Source of the DNA: Balanoglossus misakiensis
Taxonomy: Eukaryota > Animalia > Hemichordata
DNA length: 64,000 nucleotides
Reading direction: 5' to 3'
Assembly: GCA_040954595.2 (NCBI GenBank)
Contig: CM082579.2
Span: 2,183,908 to 2,247,907, forward strand
Below, in pieces: positions 1 to 12,800 of the stretch. The position numbers and the translations under genes were made by a program. Below the pieces are notes generated by a model. That model searched no databases, was not told the DNA's origin, and saw only the letters and a program-made list of their open reading frames with translations. Position 1 is the first letter of the stretch; the number at the start of each line of letters is the position of its first letter.

Positions 1-2107
1 GATATCATCAGTGCGGGTTCCCTGGATTGCCCACAGGTACTGCCGGTCCGTTTATCGATTCCTCGACCGAAAACGGACAGTGGTCTGAAAGGAAACACGG
101 CCAAGATCATTCAAGCGTTAGCAGTGATTTTGAACGCACACTTAATTCCCTGCATGTCTCTATATGAGAATTTGAACTTCCAGGGATTAAGCCCATGCTT
201 GAGTTTTAGTTCAAGATGGACCATAATTGGGTCAAGGTTAGCTGGGGAGATCGTATCTCTCATTTGAGGTACTTTCGGCTGATTTGACTAAGACGCCTTC
301 TCGTGTGTTCTGAGTCTACTATCAAGTAAATATTCTTTACTTTCCAGGTATGTTGTTGGTAAAGAGAGTCCCTAACTATTGTCAGTCAGTGAGGGTTCCT
401 TTAAAAGAACCTCTTTGTGAAACGGCGCACCTTAGGCGACCCGGCCGACCCCAACTCTCCCCTGAGAGACTACTAGCGGAATATACAAACGGGAAGTTAG
501 ACGTTTTGTGAAGTCACCCTCCGGGGAAGATCCATTCTCTCGCTGAGACACGGATTAAAACAACAACTCTTTCAGAGGCGCTGTCCCAACTTCGACAGCC
601 ACTTGTGGATTCAGAGCTGCAGCGGCGCAAACAGTGCGGATTTTACGCCGCATTTTTCACCTTTCTTAAGACTTCTTACACGCGTGCTGGCCGCGAATGC
701 AAAGTATGCAGCTATCTCAGTGCTGCAACCCTTCTGATTAAGTGCCCCCACTCTCCGATTCTAGGGTCCCATCTCGAGTCTTACAATCAGAGAGAAGTCT
801 CCGGGTCAGGCGACGATTGTATGTCTCTTGAACTTCCCTGGTGGTGTCTTCCGTTCCCTTGACAACGTTGGAAAGTTGCATACATCCTTCGATCTTCCCT
901 CAATAAAGATGTTAGACGCGTGCGAACCAGGACGAGGGGAGATTTAAAAACACAAACAGTGCAGCCCTGACTTTGTTTCGGCCCATCCACGGCAGATAGA
1001 AGGGCGGCCGCGGAGAGAGTGTTTGCTCCGGTAACGGCACGTACTAAGGTGTTTTCAAAGAATTCCCTAATCCCTGCATTAGAATGGAAGTTGCCAGTCT
1101 CGGCACAGGTCAGTGAGATACTCTACACATGCAGATATGGTGGAACGAACAGGGCAAACAAACTTCGACAATGTCATATTGTCGTTGTGAGATGTCAGGG
1201 GACGGCGAGAGAGTCGACCTCGGGACATCCACTCTTGCCAAAATGCAGTCATGGCAAACAATGTGTGAAGCCATAAAACAGACACAAGAAGAAAAGTCGT
1301 TAGGTGCTTCTTCAGAGACCGTGATGAGTAAAAATAACCGCACTGTGTACCGTCCTGTTTCTGTTCTGAATGTTCTGGCCTCGCTAATACTTGCTAGAAA
1401 AAAGTCGAACTTGATACCTGGGGAGTCGTTTTCAACAGAGACACTGGACGGATGAGCCCCACCACGGCGCCCTTTGAACTTTGTAAATACGAAGTCGTTT
1501 AACTTCACAGTGGATGAAATCGTTACTGTGTTTTGTCCCAAAGCTGGCATACAAAAGGAGAAGACTGGTTTAAAAGGAGGCCGCCTTCAGCTGCAGCAAA
1601 AACTCACAGGCTATTTGACATTGTTATGATCCAAAGACCGGGTCGACTTTGAAAAGCAACCGGGCAGCCTGACCTGAAAGAGCGTTAAAATATCTCCCCC
1701 GATTAGGCTTTGAAAACGAAGAAAGAGAACTGGAAAGAAAGCAATACTCTGCTCTTGAAATGGGTGATCCATGGATACACCAAGGCCTTGAAAGCCGCTT
1801 AAAGATGATATCGCTGCTATGGTAGCCGTTTCCAAGGGAACGGGTCTCCTCTATTAGTATGCTGCCCGTCCAGAAAGTTGAATTAAATTGTTAAATTAAA
1901 ACCCCATACAGGAGCAGGAGCTACTGCAGAGAGAAGTCTGCATCAGGTCGAAACTCTTTTCATACGATTGTCGTTGTTTTCCATCAGACACTGCGTAATA
2001 CCGGGGTCGAGAGTAACATTTCAGATGAGAAGACCATATTACATGGCCGCCTCACCGCGCCACCTGTTTACGACTGTGTAACTCGGCCCCGGCAGTGACG
2101 TGATGCA

Positions 2108-2133
2108 AAGAGAGAGAGAGTGAGAGAGACAGA
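2108..2133 (+). repeat. Short imperfect (GA)n microsatellite
   Basis: aagagagagagagtgagagagacaga. Confidence 0.6.
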
Positions 2134-3894
2134 GTGGCCCTCTGGACATTTACATAGGCACTCTCCATAACCCTTCATAAATCATACGTGATGGAATTTC
2201 GCCAATTATTCAATTTGTACGAAAGGTTACCCTGGACTGACTTCCAAGGGACACCCACACTCAATACTCTGCCGGGAACATTGAACTCGGAACGCCTTTC
2301 CCCACTTCTTGGGCGGCAATTCTAACGAACTGCCTGGCCGAAGGTGTTACTCTGACTGGGTCCCGACCCTCGATGTGAGTGGACAGAAAAACCGTCCATA
2401 GTTTCGGCAACAGGGTACACCATGTCGGCAAACCATACTGAGACAGATTTTGCCTATTTACGAAATTGGCACACACCAATATTCCCAACACATCCCGGAT
2501 TTTTCATCCTCATATCCGTCTCGTGTCAGAGAAAGGATTTGTTAGGATATGTTGCCGGGTGAGAAACGACGGCTATTCGTCTTTTACGGTGTGTACACAG
2601 GGATTTGCGGGCTGACCTTCCCTTCCTGTGGCCGGCACTTGGATTTGAACTATGCCACTATCGTTCTGACCAACGGGAAGTGGACAGACCACACCTCCCC
2701 CCACTCCCTGAGTTATGAGACCTTAAAGTTGCCAAGCTAGAAAATGTGCATACGCTAAACCAAGGCTGTGATCCCTACTCGAAAGCGATTACTTCTAAAA
2801 GGCCGGTAGCTTAACATTTTATTTGATGTCTTTGGGTTTATGTACCAGGCACCGGTATCTTGTTCCAATGTCTGTACTGCTCAGTTTCGCGGGTACTAAC
2901 ACAACCTGTACAGCTTGCAACTTTATCACTGACAGTTGAATTTTAGTCCGGACTCAAATTCAGTATTTTACAATTTTATATCACACAAGCACAGGCTGGT
3001 CTCGACAAGCTGGATTATGGACGCTTCAACGTGTTGTAGGGAGTAGAACAGTGAACAGTACTTAATACCCGGTACAAAATAATGTCAAAATATTAAAAGT
3101 AACAGATACTGTCGCTTTAAAGGTAGCCATTTGTATCTCGCGGTCTGTTGAATAAGGTCCCACTACATACAAATGCTTGAGGTCCTTCGGTCCGCGTTCT
3201 TACGGATCGTTGTTCAAAATCTCGGCAACTGCTTTCTCCGCCCAGGGATTTCTACCCCTGTCCCCTGACACACTTTGCGTTTCCCCCGGAGATGAAAAAA
3301 AAAGTTCGTCCTTGAGAGAAAGAAAAACTTCCTTCAGACGTTCGTAGGCGACTTGTAATTGATGATTTCAGCGTTAGATACAAGTGCACGACTGTAGGTA
3401 CCCGAGTTGTTCTCTCTGTCACGGTAGAGCGAACTGTTCTCAAAGAAACTATTGGTCCGAGGTGGACTTTATAACTGTTGACTTGTAATTGTGTTAAAGT
3501 TCATCTGGAGAATGACGTCAAGAAACGTGTACAAACTATTTAAGCGATAAAGACAATACAAGATAATTGCTGATTTCGATACGTTCGGTCCCCGCTCACC
3601 GTCACAGTTAGAGCACATTTAACTGTGTATGATTGTTTAAACAATGATTACGCTTGCCATTTGAATTGACCGGAAGAGATCCGCGCCAATTATCAGTGAA
3701 TTGTTGACCAACTGGGTCCCATACGCCTCCCACGTACATCTTTCCGTCGGCGTAAACCTACTGGTCAAAGAAAAGACCAGAAATGCACTTTTGCCACTCA
3801 CACTGAACCAAGAGTTTTTAGTGTCTGTTGTAGCTGCATATCGATTATAGCCAAGTAGGTCTGCTGATTTACCAAGTTATTTATTTATCAACAG

Positions 3895-6800
3895 ACGACG
3901 AAAGAACAACGCTACAGATTTAGCCTCCTTATTCAGGAGTTGGAACAGGCCGAGACACCAGATTTCAAGACGACGATTCTCGCCTTCGTCAACAGCATTC
4001 TACTGTCCACTGAAAAACTCGAAGAGAGGATTCGTGTCCGAAATGAACTCATAGGTAAGAACGGTTTGAATTCTATCCGGTTTAGTGCGCATGTCACACA
4101 CAGGTTCCCCTCAAGGCCGACCGAGTAACTCACTCGGCTGTTGGCCAATCGAGTCCCAACCCATGCCAGATGCGTCCAGGTGTTCTTGATTTGATCTCTT
4201 CAACCGCCCGTAAATAAACATTATTTGGAGCCAACTTAAACATTATTCATTTTTTCGATAAATAACACTGGCCAGATACGTAGAAAATTGCCGATAATTA
4301 TAGCAGCCACGATTTGCAAGGCATTGTTTGGGTTGTTGGGCTCAGTCCTCAATGTGTTGAACAGAATAATACCAGCGTCTCCTGGTATTGAATCGGAACA
4401 AATTTGGCAAGGTTCGTATGACGTCTGTACAGCAACTGTGCAACACATGTTGGTGTGGTAGGGTCGTGCAAAAATAAGGGATTTCAAAAAGCGGAAAAAA
4501 AATGCTAGAGAGAAAAATATTAAAATTCGTTATCTGTAGATAATGTTTAGTCTAAATCAAGTCATACAAAAATATGTAAGTAAAGGGGAGACGTGAGTAG
4601 TTGGTGTTATGGCGGTTCCAATACGTCAACTTCCGCTGAGCTGAGAGGCGTTGTGTTTTTGAGCACGTAATTCACACACCCTGATCTGGTACTAAGCTTT
4701 CCAACGCCATTATGAACTTTGAAAATATCATAGCAATTCTTAAGGATTCCAGCTGCATTTTAACACTTGTAATAACGCAAGCAATCGCGGGGTGGTGGGG
4801 TTATGTCGACTGTACTACTAAGTAACAATATATCGTTGATGGCGCTGTTAACAATGGCCCCACACAATATTATTCTTATTGATCAATTGTTTGTACTGTC
4901 AGACTGATCATTTGCTTCTATGCATCGAAACTGTTATAATCACTGTATATCCCGGAAAATGTGCTGCTGAGACTTCTTTATTGTTTTGGCCTTTCCCGAC
5001 GCATGGCGTTTGTCAGATCCAAGATTGGACAAAAAACACCTGTCATAGTCAGAATAGAAACGACATGAACTAAACGTTTCACTTTTCTTTCTGTTGCTTT
5101 CGACCGAAATCAGGAAATGGTATAATGAAAAGACCATAACAAAGAGAAGGAAATTTCACATACATGTACGCTGTACATTGTACTGGACAAGCACACAAAA
5201 AACATTTCTGTCTATTAATAGGTGGATAGGTCTTGTCGCAGGATTTGTGGGTGAATACATCCCCCGGCATAAGAGATAAAAGCGAAAATTGTCTTTCGGG
5301 AAATTTACAAGCCGTAACCCCCTGCTGCTAAAGGATAAACACTGACCTGTGGCACGAGACAGGCTAATGTGTTAGACTAGTATGCATCATTTAATCGGGC
5401 GGGTAAAATAAACATCCGGACAATTACGTTAAACGATATGCAGCTCCCTCGATTGCAATTCAAAGTGAATAACTTCGAAACAATTCGCCCCATAGCCGTC
5501 GTATTGTCTCTAAAGGCTGAATACGGAAGCAAGTATGATGGGTGTATATTGGTAAAACGTTTGAGAGCCGTTATCTTTGTAGCCATTTGTCTCTAGGGGG
5601 AAGGGCTCGAAAAACTTGGAGCTGACGTAACGACAAATCAAGTTCAAGAAGCTGCACCCATTTCAGTAGTTGCACAGTCACGGTACAGTCACGGTAGCCA
5701 GCAGGGGATACATGACGCATGCGCATCGGGTTAGACTTTCATACAGAAATGAACGTCCTCGAAAAGCTAAAAGGCAGACACAAATGAAATATTCGCCTTG
5801 ATTTTAAAAGTAAAAAATACTACTCTGGAGAGATGTGCCAACGAGAGTTTGCAAAATTCGCTTTCGAGTCAGTCTCTACAAATATACAACCTTTGACTGT
5901 CTCTTGTGACGTCATGCGTCAACAAATTGCAAATCCATATATCACCCACCCGTTCTAGTCTAAACGTTCACAGCGTGGCGATAACAGTTGTCGTCTGCAA
6001 ATGTTTACCACTTTAATTAGCCAATTAAACGCGAAAACAAAATTGAACTTTGGCACGTTTAATTAATTTATCATCTACTAGGAAGTTCTCACGCTGTGAT
6101 TTGATGCAAGAGCGGTCATTGGACTGATAATCGAGCTTATGACGGATAAACCTGCGTGACTTGTCTTGAAAGTGATATACTCAATTCGGAAGGAGGCGGC
6201 GGGATATTTCGATTTCCTGTGTGTACTTCCGTCATGCATATAGCACAATTACAGTGACCTGAAAATCGATTGGGCAACCGCAGGGATTCGGTTGTGAAAA
6301 TAAACCACTACCACTATTACGCCGTTCTGAGTGTTAATTACAAATCACAGGTTTCAGACAGAAAAGCTTACTCTTGTTTGTTCGGGTAAAATTTTTTTTG
6401 CAGACTATCATAACGAGTGGTTACCCCCCCCCCCATATCACGTGATACGCCTTCGGATTGACGGGTAACTCTTTTTTTCGGCGCGCGCATGGAGGGGGGG
6501 GGGGGCATACAGGATACGCACGAACAGCCGGCTAATACGCTAAACGAGGCAGAAATCGTTTCGTATGCTCATGATGGCAGGATGGCGATGCTGCGCCTTC
6601 TCAGCTGGAGGGGGTCAAGTATCGGGTAGGGGTCATAGGTCAAGTAACAAGGAGGTCGACGATTGCTTGATAGATGGAAATTAAGATGTATTTAACCACA
6701 AAGCCTACAAGTATTTTTAAAAACGGGGATCATTTTTGTTGTTCGCGTCAAAGAAAATTGTAGACATGAGTGGATTATATTTGACCGACAATATTGGATG

Positions 6801-9800
6801 ACTCATATGCATGACTGTCAGTGGCAGTCAGCAATGCTCGAAAGAATGGCAGTTTCTAAGTCAAAATATATTTGACTTTGCGTTTTTTTTGAAAGGTGAA
6901 ACACTCGAGATCCCAAAATATTCAAATTCCCACGGAAGCACCTGGTACCTGTCCAATGCATGCGTATTAATATTCGATTCCTGAAATGACGATCTTGGTT
7001 TCCTCTCTCACGAAAGTGGAATAGTCCATCTCGAATCATCGTAATTGACTTAAAACCGGTGACTGCCGTCAATGAAATGTGTGTAGCGCGTAGTATTAGC
7101 CTGTCGAGTGCGGCGTGAGGGATGAAAACCCCGCTAAATTATCCGCAAATGAGCGGTGCGTGCCGGTAACAGCCGTCTGGAATTCATCTGCATAGAACCA
7201 TCTTTGTAGTCATCCGCATCCTCCTGATCCGCGGATGTTTCATAGTGATGTCTATATCATGTCGATTCCATAGCGACCGCGCGTCTAATATTACATCTAA
7301 CAATGTATCGACCCCCAACAACGCTTTCCACCCTGACCCTTCTCGGGTTCCCCGTAAGTATCTCATCCCGGCGCTAATTTTGCTAGTAACACCACTCGCT
7401 TGGCTGTACTCGGCGCTTCGGCACTGCGGACCGTGGCTGGCGTGGGCTTGGTCAGCTGGGAAAACGATCAGCGTTGGAATTTGGAGGAGTGGGTATCCAA
7501 TTTTAGAGGTCATGTACGAATAGAAGGCCCTTTCCTGATTTCCAGCGATTGAGGCAGATGCGACAACTCATCGGGATATGTAAATGCATGAAACCTGAAA
7601 TGCTATACGTCAAGTTATGTCACTCATAACTTTGTTCGTGTCACATCAGCTAGTGCCAGGGTTAGGATGAAGACCACGGCAGACACTTTTTAAGCCTACG
7701 TCCTTCTGTTAAGTAATTATTGTGGTTCTTATTTTCTTTTCAGGACTTAAACTTCTGGACGTGCTTGCTGCTGTCAGGTAAGAGACTGGACTTGCTTTTA
7801 TTATAGACAGTGGAAGCTTCTACTGTCTATGAATTGACTTTGACGTGTTTTTTTCTGTGTGTGTGGGGGGGGGGGGGGTTGAGTGTAAACAGTGGAAACA
7901 GATGACAAAAAAGAGCTCGAAACTTCTTTCAGTTTGATTTCTAATTTCTAAGTACTAGTAAGAAGCAGTAAAGTCTCTTATGAACGTTTATCTGACTTTT
8001 TGGAATAAAAAATGTGGATGTAATATTCACCAAAATTCATTTCCGCTGATGTAAAATTCCCCAAATGGCTTCAGGGTGAGTGGTTTTTTTTCTTAAATTC
8101 CACTGCAGTGCACTCAGTTTAATAAACAGACCGGGACACCGCAGCTAGAGTAAGAGTCATATCTGATACACTAGCTGCGGTATACACTGCCTTCAGTCTG
8201 TTTCCACATACCCGCGATCAAACCCATTGTTTACTTCTCTGGGTGTGTTTTCTTAACTTTTAAATTATAGATGAACAATATAATATAAAACCATCTGAGG
8301 TTTGGCCGTTTGGAATGTTCAATAGTTTACATATCGTTGTGTGCTAATATTCTCGGCTCTGTCAACACAAGTTTTCAGTCTGTGCAGACTGCATAGCTTC
8401 ACTACCTCAACAAAAGCTCAGCAGTTTATTTTCATTTCTTCGCCAGAGAACGAAGTTTTTAATCACTTCTCCAGTCAAACGCACTCGGTAGGGTGCACAC
8501 GGATAAACTAATTATTATCGTGTCACGGGCTCGTCAACTTAAATACCCGGATGACACCAAGTACACTGAGAGTGCAGTGCTGTTTTTCTTTCTTTTTGGC
8601 AACTGTCCGTATCCACGAAATGCATATGGGCTTTTCCCTATACACCATAATATATTAGGGGTTAAGCCAACCTTGTCGAGGGCCTCAGTTGTCCAGACGG
8701 CAAACCATAGCACATTATCGCACCGGAAAACAATTATCAGAATTTTGGAATATTTTCTATCCTGTTTGTGAGTGGATTCTGTGGGCTATTGTCGTGAATG
8801 CTAAAGTCGGGCGACTGAGCGGAATTTTCACGGTACAGCGCAACCATTTTGCTTTACTAGCTTGTAGCTCTATAGTCTTATATCGTACACTTTGGCACCT
8901 GTGTTACTACACAAACACGTGGTCTGCATCTGCAAATTACACTGATCATCTCCCTTCGCTCGTTCAGCAATTACACAGATAATTGAAATTATTGTAATTA
9001 TATAAGCCACATTTCGATTATACATGAAATGCGTTAATATCCGGTTAATAGGAAGATACCATGTTAAATACGACGGTTTTATTTCGAATGTGGGGATGAA
9101 AATTTCGCGGTTTCATATTTCACCTGGCTACACCTGTGATTCATGCTTGCCATTGACTGAGGAACAATGAACGTGTCTGCCTGTCAGTTTTTTTATCACC
9201 ATTGACACGATGAAACAGCGGTCGCTGCGAATGTATTTCTACAGCTGTCCCAACTTATAAATATCCCAGAGATCGCTTTTCTTGAGCGACCCCACCTCGC
9301 ACATGTGCAGAATATCAACGCTAAATTTTGTGCGACTGGGCAGGGCCTGAAACACGAGCAGACAGTTTCAATTTGCAGCCAAAATGAGCTGTGATGCCCT
9401 AGGAAGAAAATACGACACGATTCTAAAATTAAAAAAGTTAAAATAACTAAAATCTTGATAAATCGTGGTTAAATTAGGTCATTTAACTGTCTGATTCATG
9501 TACGTGATGTTGCGTGCCAAGCGGATATATTCCTTACTCATCGTGGGAACAGCGTATATGATACATATTCTATCAATTATGACGGCTGTTGGCCTCGCCG
9601 TGAATTACAAAACGACATCCTTGGAAAAAATGGGGCAAGGAGAAACCCATTTCGACAGACGACTGTCCTCCTTCGCGTCGTAATGTCTACGCATGTCGCC
9701 ATTGGACGAGAAGTGCGCATGTGCCCTCCGTAACGAAATTATAGCCATCTTCTTGGCACATATGACCCTTTGTGTCTCCGTCTTCTCCCTGGAGATTGTT

Positions 9801-12800
9801 TATCAAACAAAACACGTACAGTGATATAATATTGAATATTTTGCATTTGTAAGATGGCGGTTCTATTAAAGTTTGATTACCACAAACGACGGACTAGAAT
9901 TAAAGGAAAGGGAATAAAAGAAATTAGCAGTGCAGATAACATTAATTTTACAATGCAATTACCGATTGCATTACGCTCTTTTCATTCGTTGTTTAGTCTT
10001 CCCTTCTTATGTATTTTTATCAATTTTAACGTTGGTTATATTTAAGCAATTAATATTTAAATACATTTTCTTTTAAGAGGGCGTAATCGCATCACATCGA
10101 TGTGGCTATCCCAAGGGAACTCCGTTGCATGTTCTCTTCCCCCTGACTCGGTTTTCGACGTGGGCATTTAAACTCGTTACCAAGGAAACGAATGACGGCG
10201 GTGTTGAACTGGTATACGTAAACGGTCACTGTCTCTTCGCATTTTCCTCTGAAAACGCCCAACATTATTGGGCTAACACGCGGACAAAATACACCCACAA
10301 ACCCTTTTGAGAAATCGTCGAAAAACACCAGGTCGGATTTTCATGTCATTTCTCGTTCGCCAATCCTTGAAGCCTTGGTCGGTTTGCGACAGATGTCAAC
10401 CGTTTCATTGTAGGCTGTGTGTATAACTGGGCGGAGGGGGGTGTTCGAACGCAAAGGGGGTATGTTTTGCGCATTCCTCGCCGCTCCGCGAGAAAAAAAA
10501 GAAACGGGTTAAGAGACTGACAATATGGCAATTTACCGTTGTAAACTGAGAGGCGTGGAACACCGCACTGCAGGACACAGTATCTTGCACAATAAGGGGA
10601 GTGACCAACAGAACGTTTGGTAAGCGTTAGCGCCTGCACAAGATCTCCTTTCTCCCTGCGTCGATCTCAATACAACACGTATAATGATAAAAAGTGCGGA
10701 TGAAAGACATTGGGTACAATGGAGGAATTTGACAAGCGGTAATAAATAATGACTATAAAGACATCAAGTTTTGGCACATTATATACGCGGATGAGCTGTG
10801 GCAACAATGAGGGATCGCGTAGATAATAAGACGTCTGCCCGTCAGGGGCAGAGCTGTTGACCGCCGGGCCAAGATGTACCTGCAGAATCGCCATCCTTGC
10901 ATTGTTCCCGGGGGTCAATAGGTCATCCTTGAGGGAGACACTGCTTAGACAGTGCTAGCGACCAAAACAGGCGTCGGTCTCAATTCATGTCTAGCACGGA
11001 GGTTGTGGTTCGTCGCGCGCATCTATGATATATGTGTGTTTTTAAACTACGACTGTATAGAACCACTGTACACTTCACTGCAAACTTTCAGAACACAAAC
11101 GGAAACCATTAACAGTTGACTGTAGACGCTGTTTGTCCACGAAAGCAGTTCAACTTAAAACACCTAACAATGGCAACATTGAATTTATGGTAGTGTCCTC
11201 GGTAAAACGTTCAAAGGGAATTAAAGTAATCGCGAAATTTGTAATTCTACGTGATAGTAATATGACTTTGAGGGTGCCGGGGGGGGACTTTCATCAGTTG
11301 AAAGAAAACAGCAACTACGCTGGTGTCCAGGATTCCACAACACTAAACATAGTCTGGTTATTTAAAAATGTAATTCATGGCGTTGTATTTATGACCATAA
11401 GTTAAAAGATGCAAGATTTATGAAAACGAGTCCTGAACTGTTCGCCATGTTTTACGAGGGTCACATGACCCAGGTTGGAGGGTCTGACTGACTTTCAATA
11501 TTTCAAGACGTCTAAACAGTCTAGATAAAGGGACAGCAAATGCGTGGACTCAATCTTTTCAAATCGACGTTTGTATTGCCGGGCATTTTGTTAAGAACCG
11601 CAGTCACCGGGATGGCGCATGCATTTGACGTTTTAGTCAACGTTGAGAGTGGATGAAAAAAAGGATTTATCGCTAGCAAACGATTTCCTTTATTCGTTTT
11701 CAAACACGAGTGTCTTTATTAGTCACGTGTCTAGTCATCTGGAACCGAGTGGAAATTCTTCTCCGTGGTGATACAGGGTCACTCATCGCGCAATGCATCG
11801 CGGTAATGACCTAGGCTTTTTTGTACGCTTTAAACACCATTAAAAACTCAAGTGTAGCGTGTAATTCAATTATGCTTATTTCTCATGACGTCACGCGATC
11901 GCAGCTTGCACCGTGAGAAGGGAGAACATGCGCGACTGCGCATTCTCCAGGTTTCGAATCAAATAGCCCCTAGCTAACCATGTTAATAATATACAGCTAC
12001 ACCGCCCTCCCCCAAATTAAACTGTACTGAAAGATGGTGTGAAAAGATGGGTTTATAAATGCATTTGCGCGTCAGCCCAGCCACACATGCACAAAATATA
12101 GCCGCAAAATTCTATTTCAATCGCTGAGACACAGCGCATGTCATATAAATCTTAATGATATTTATTTCTATCTTATGAAGGCGTGGCGTAACTGCAGAAG
12201 ACGAGGACCTGACGGTTCAGCTCGACGTCTTCGACGAATCAAAAGCCAACGACGAGGAACACTTGACCGGCCCCGAGGGAGTGGATTTGAGCAATCACTT
12301 AGACGTCTTTCACGCCATATTCAGACAGGTATTAAATCTGGTTTCTTTTACACCATGGCGTCAGTACAGCAAGAAATGACCGTCTTGGTCTCTAAACTGA
12401 GAGCAAATGACTCAGGGGTGATGTGACCTCCGTTTGCCTGATGGCACTGCAGCTATTCGGCGATATCCCGCGGGGTGCACTTTGCTTGGCATTAGAAATG
12501 ACGTTGGTATTTGAGTGGACGGTTGTATGTCATTTTATAGATGGACCAGTGGATAGGATTGAAACTTAATACGAGTGTTCGCAAATGCACGAGAATTTGC
12601 AGACAATCCCTGAACAAATGATACAGAGAATGTGTGTTTCAAGAGGTATCTTGTCCCGTCACAACTAACGTTCAGAAACCTTGGGTTTAGTAACAATGGC
12701 AACATGTACGCTGTCCCTCTGCCAGGGTCAGTCGATACCCGCCGCCTCCCATTTGTGTCTTGGACCCTGAAGGCCGAGCGCCGTCGCAGCTATTTATACC

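Noticed and set aside
605-3443. Short ORFs in the first 3.5 kb as formin 5' exons or separate genes
   Set aside because: No INF2-like N-terminal peptide and no coherent splice structure found; treated as intron.
6424-6505. Poly-C and poly-G tracts (also ~7864, ~46474, ~52169) as G-quadruplex or structural elements
   Set aside because: Simple homopolymers, common and length-unreliable in assemblies; no additional support.
8138-8181. 11-bp inverted repeat ACCGCAGCTAG/CTAGCTGCGGT (similar 10-bp stem at ~50751-50818)
   Set aside because: No TSD, second copy or pre-miRNA-quality stem; probably a decayed repeat or chance.
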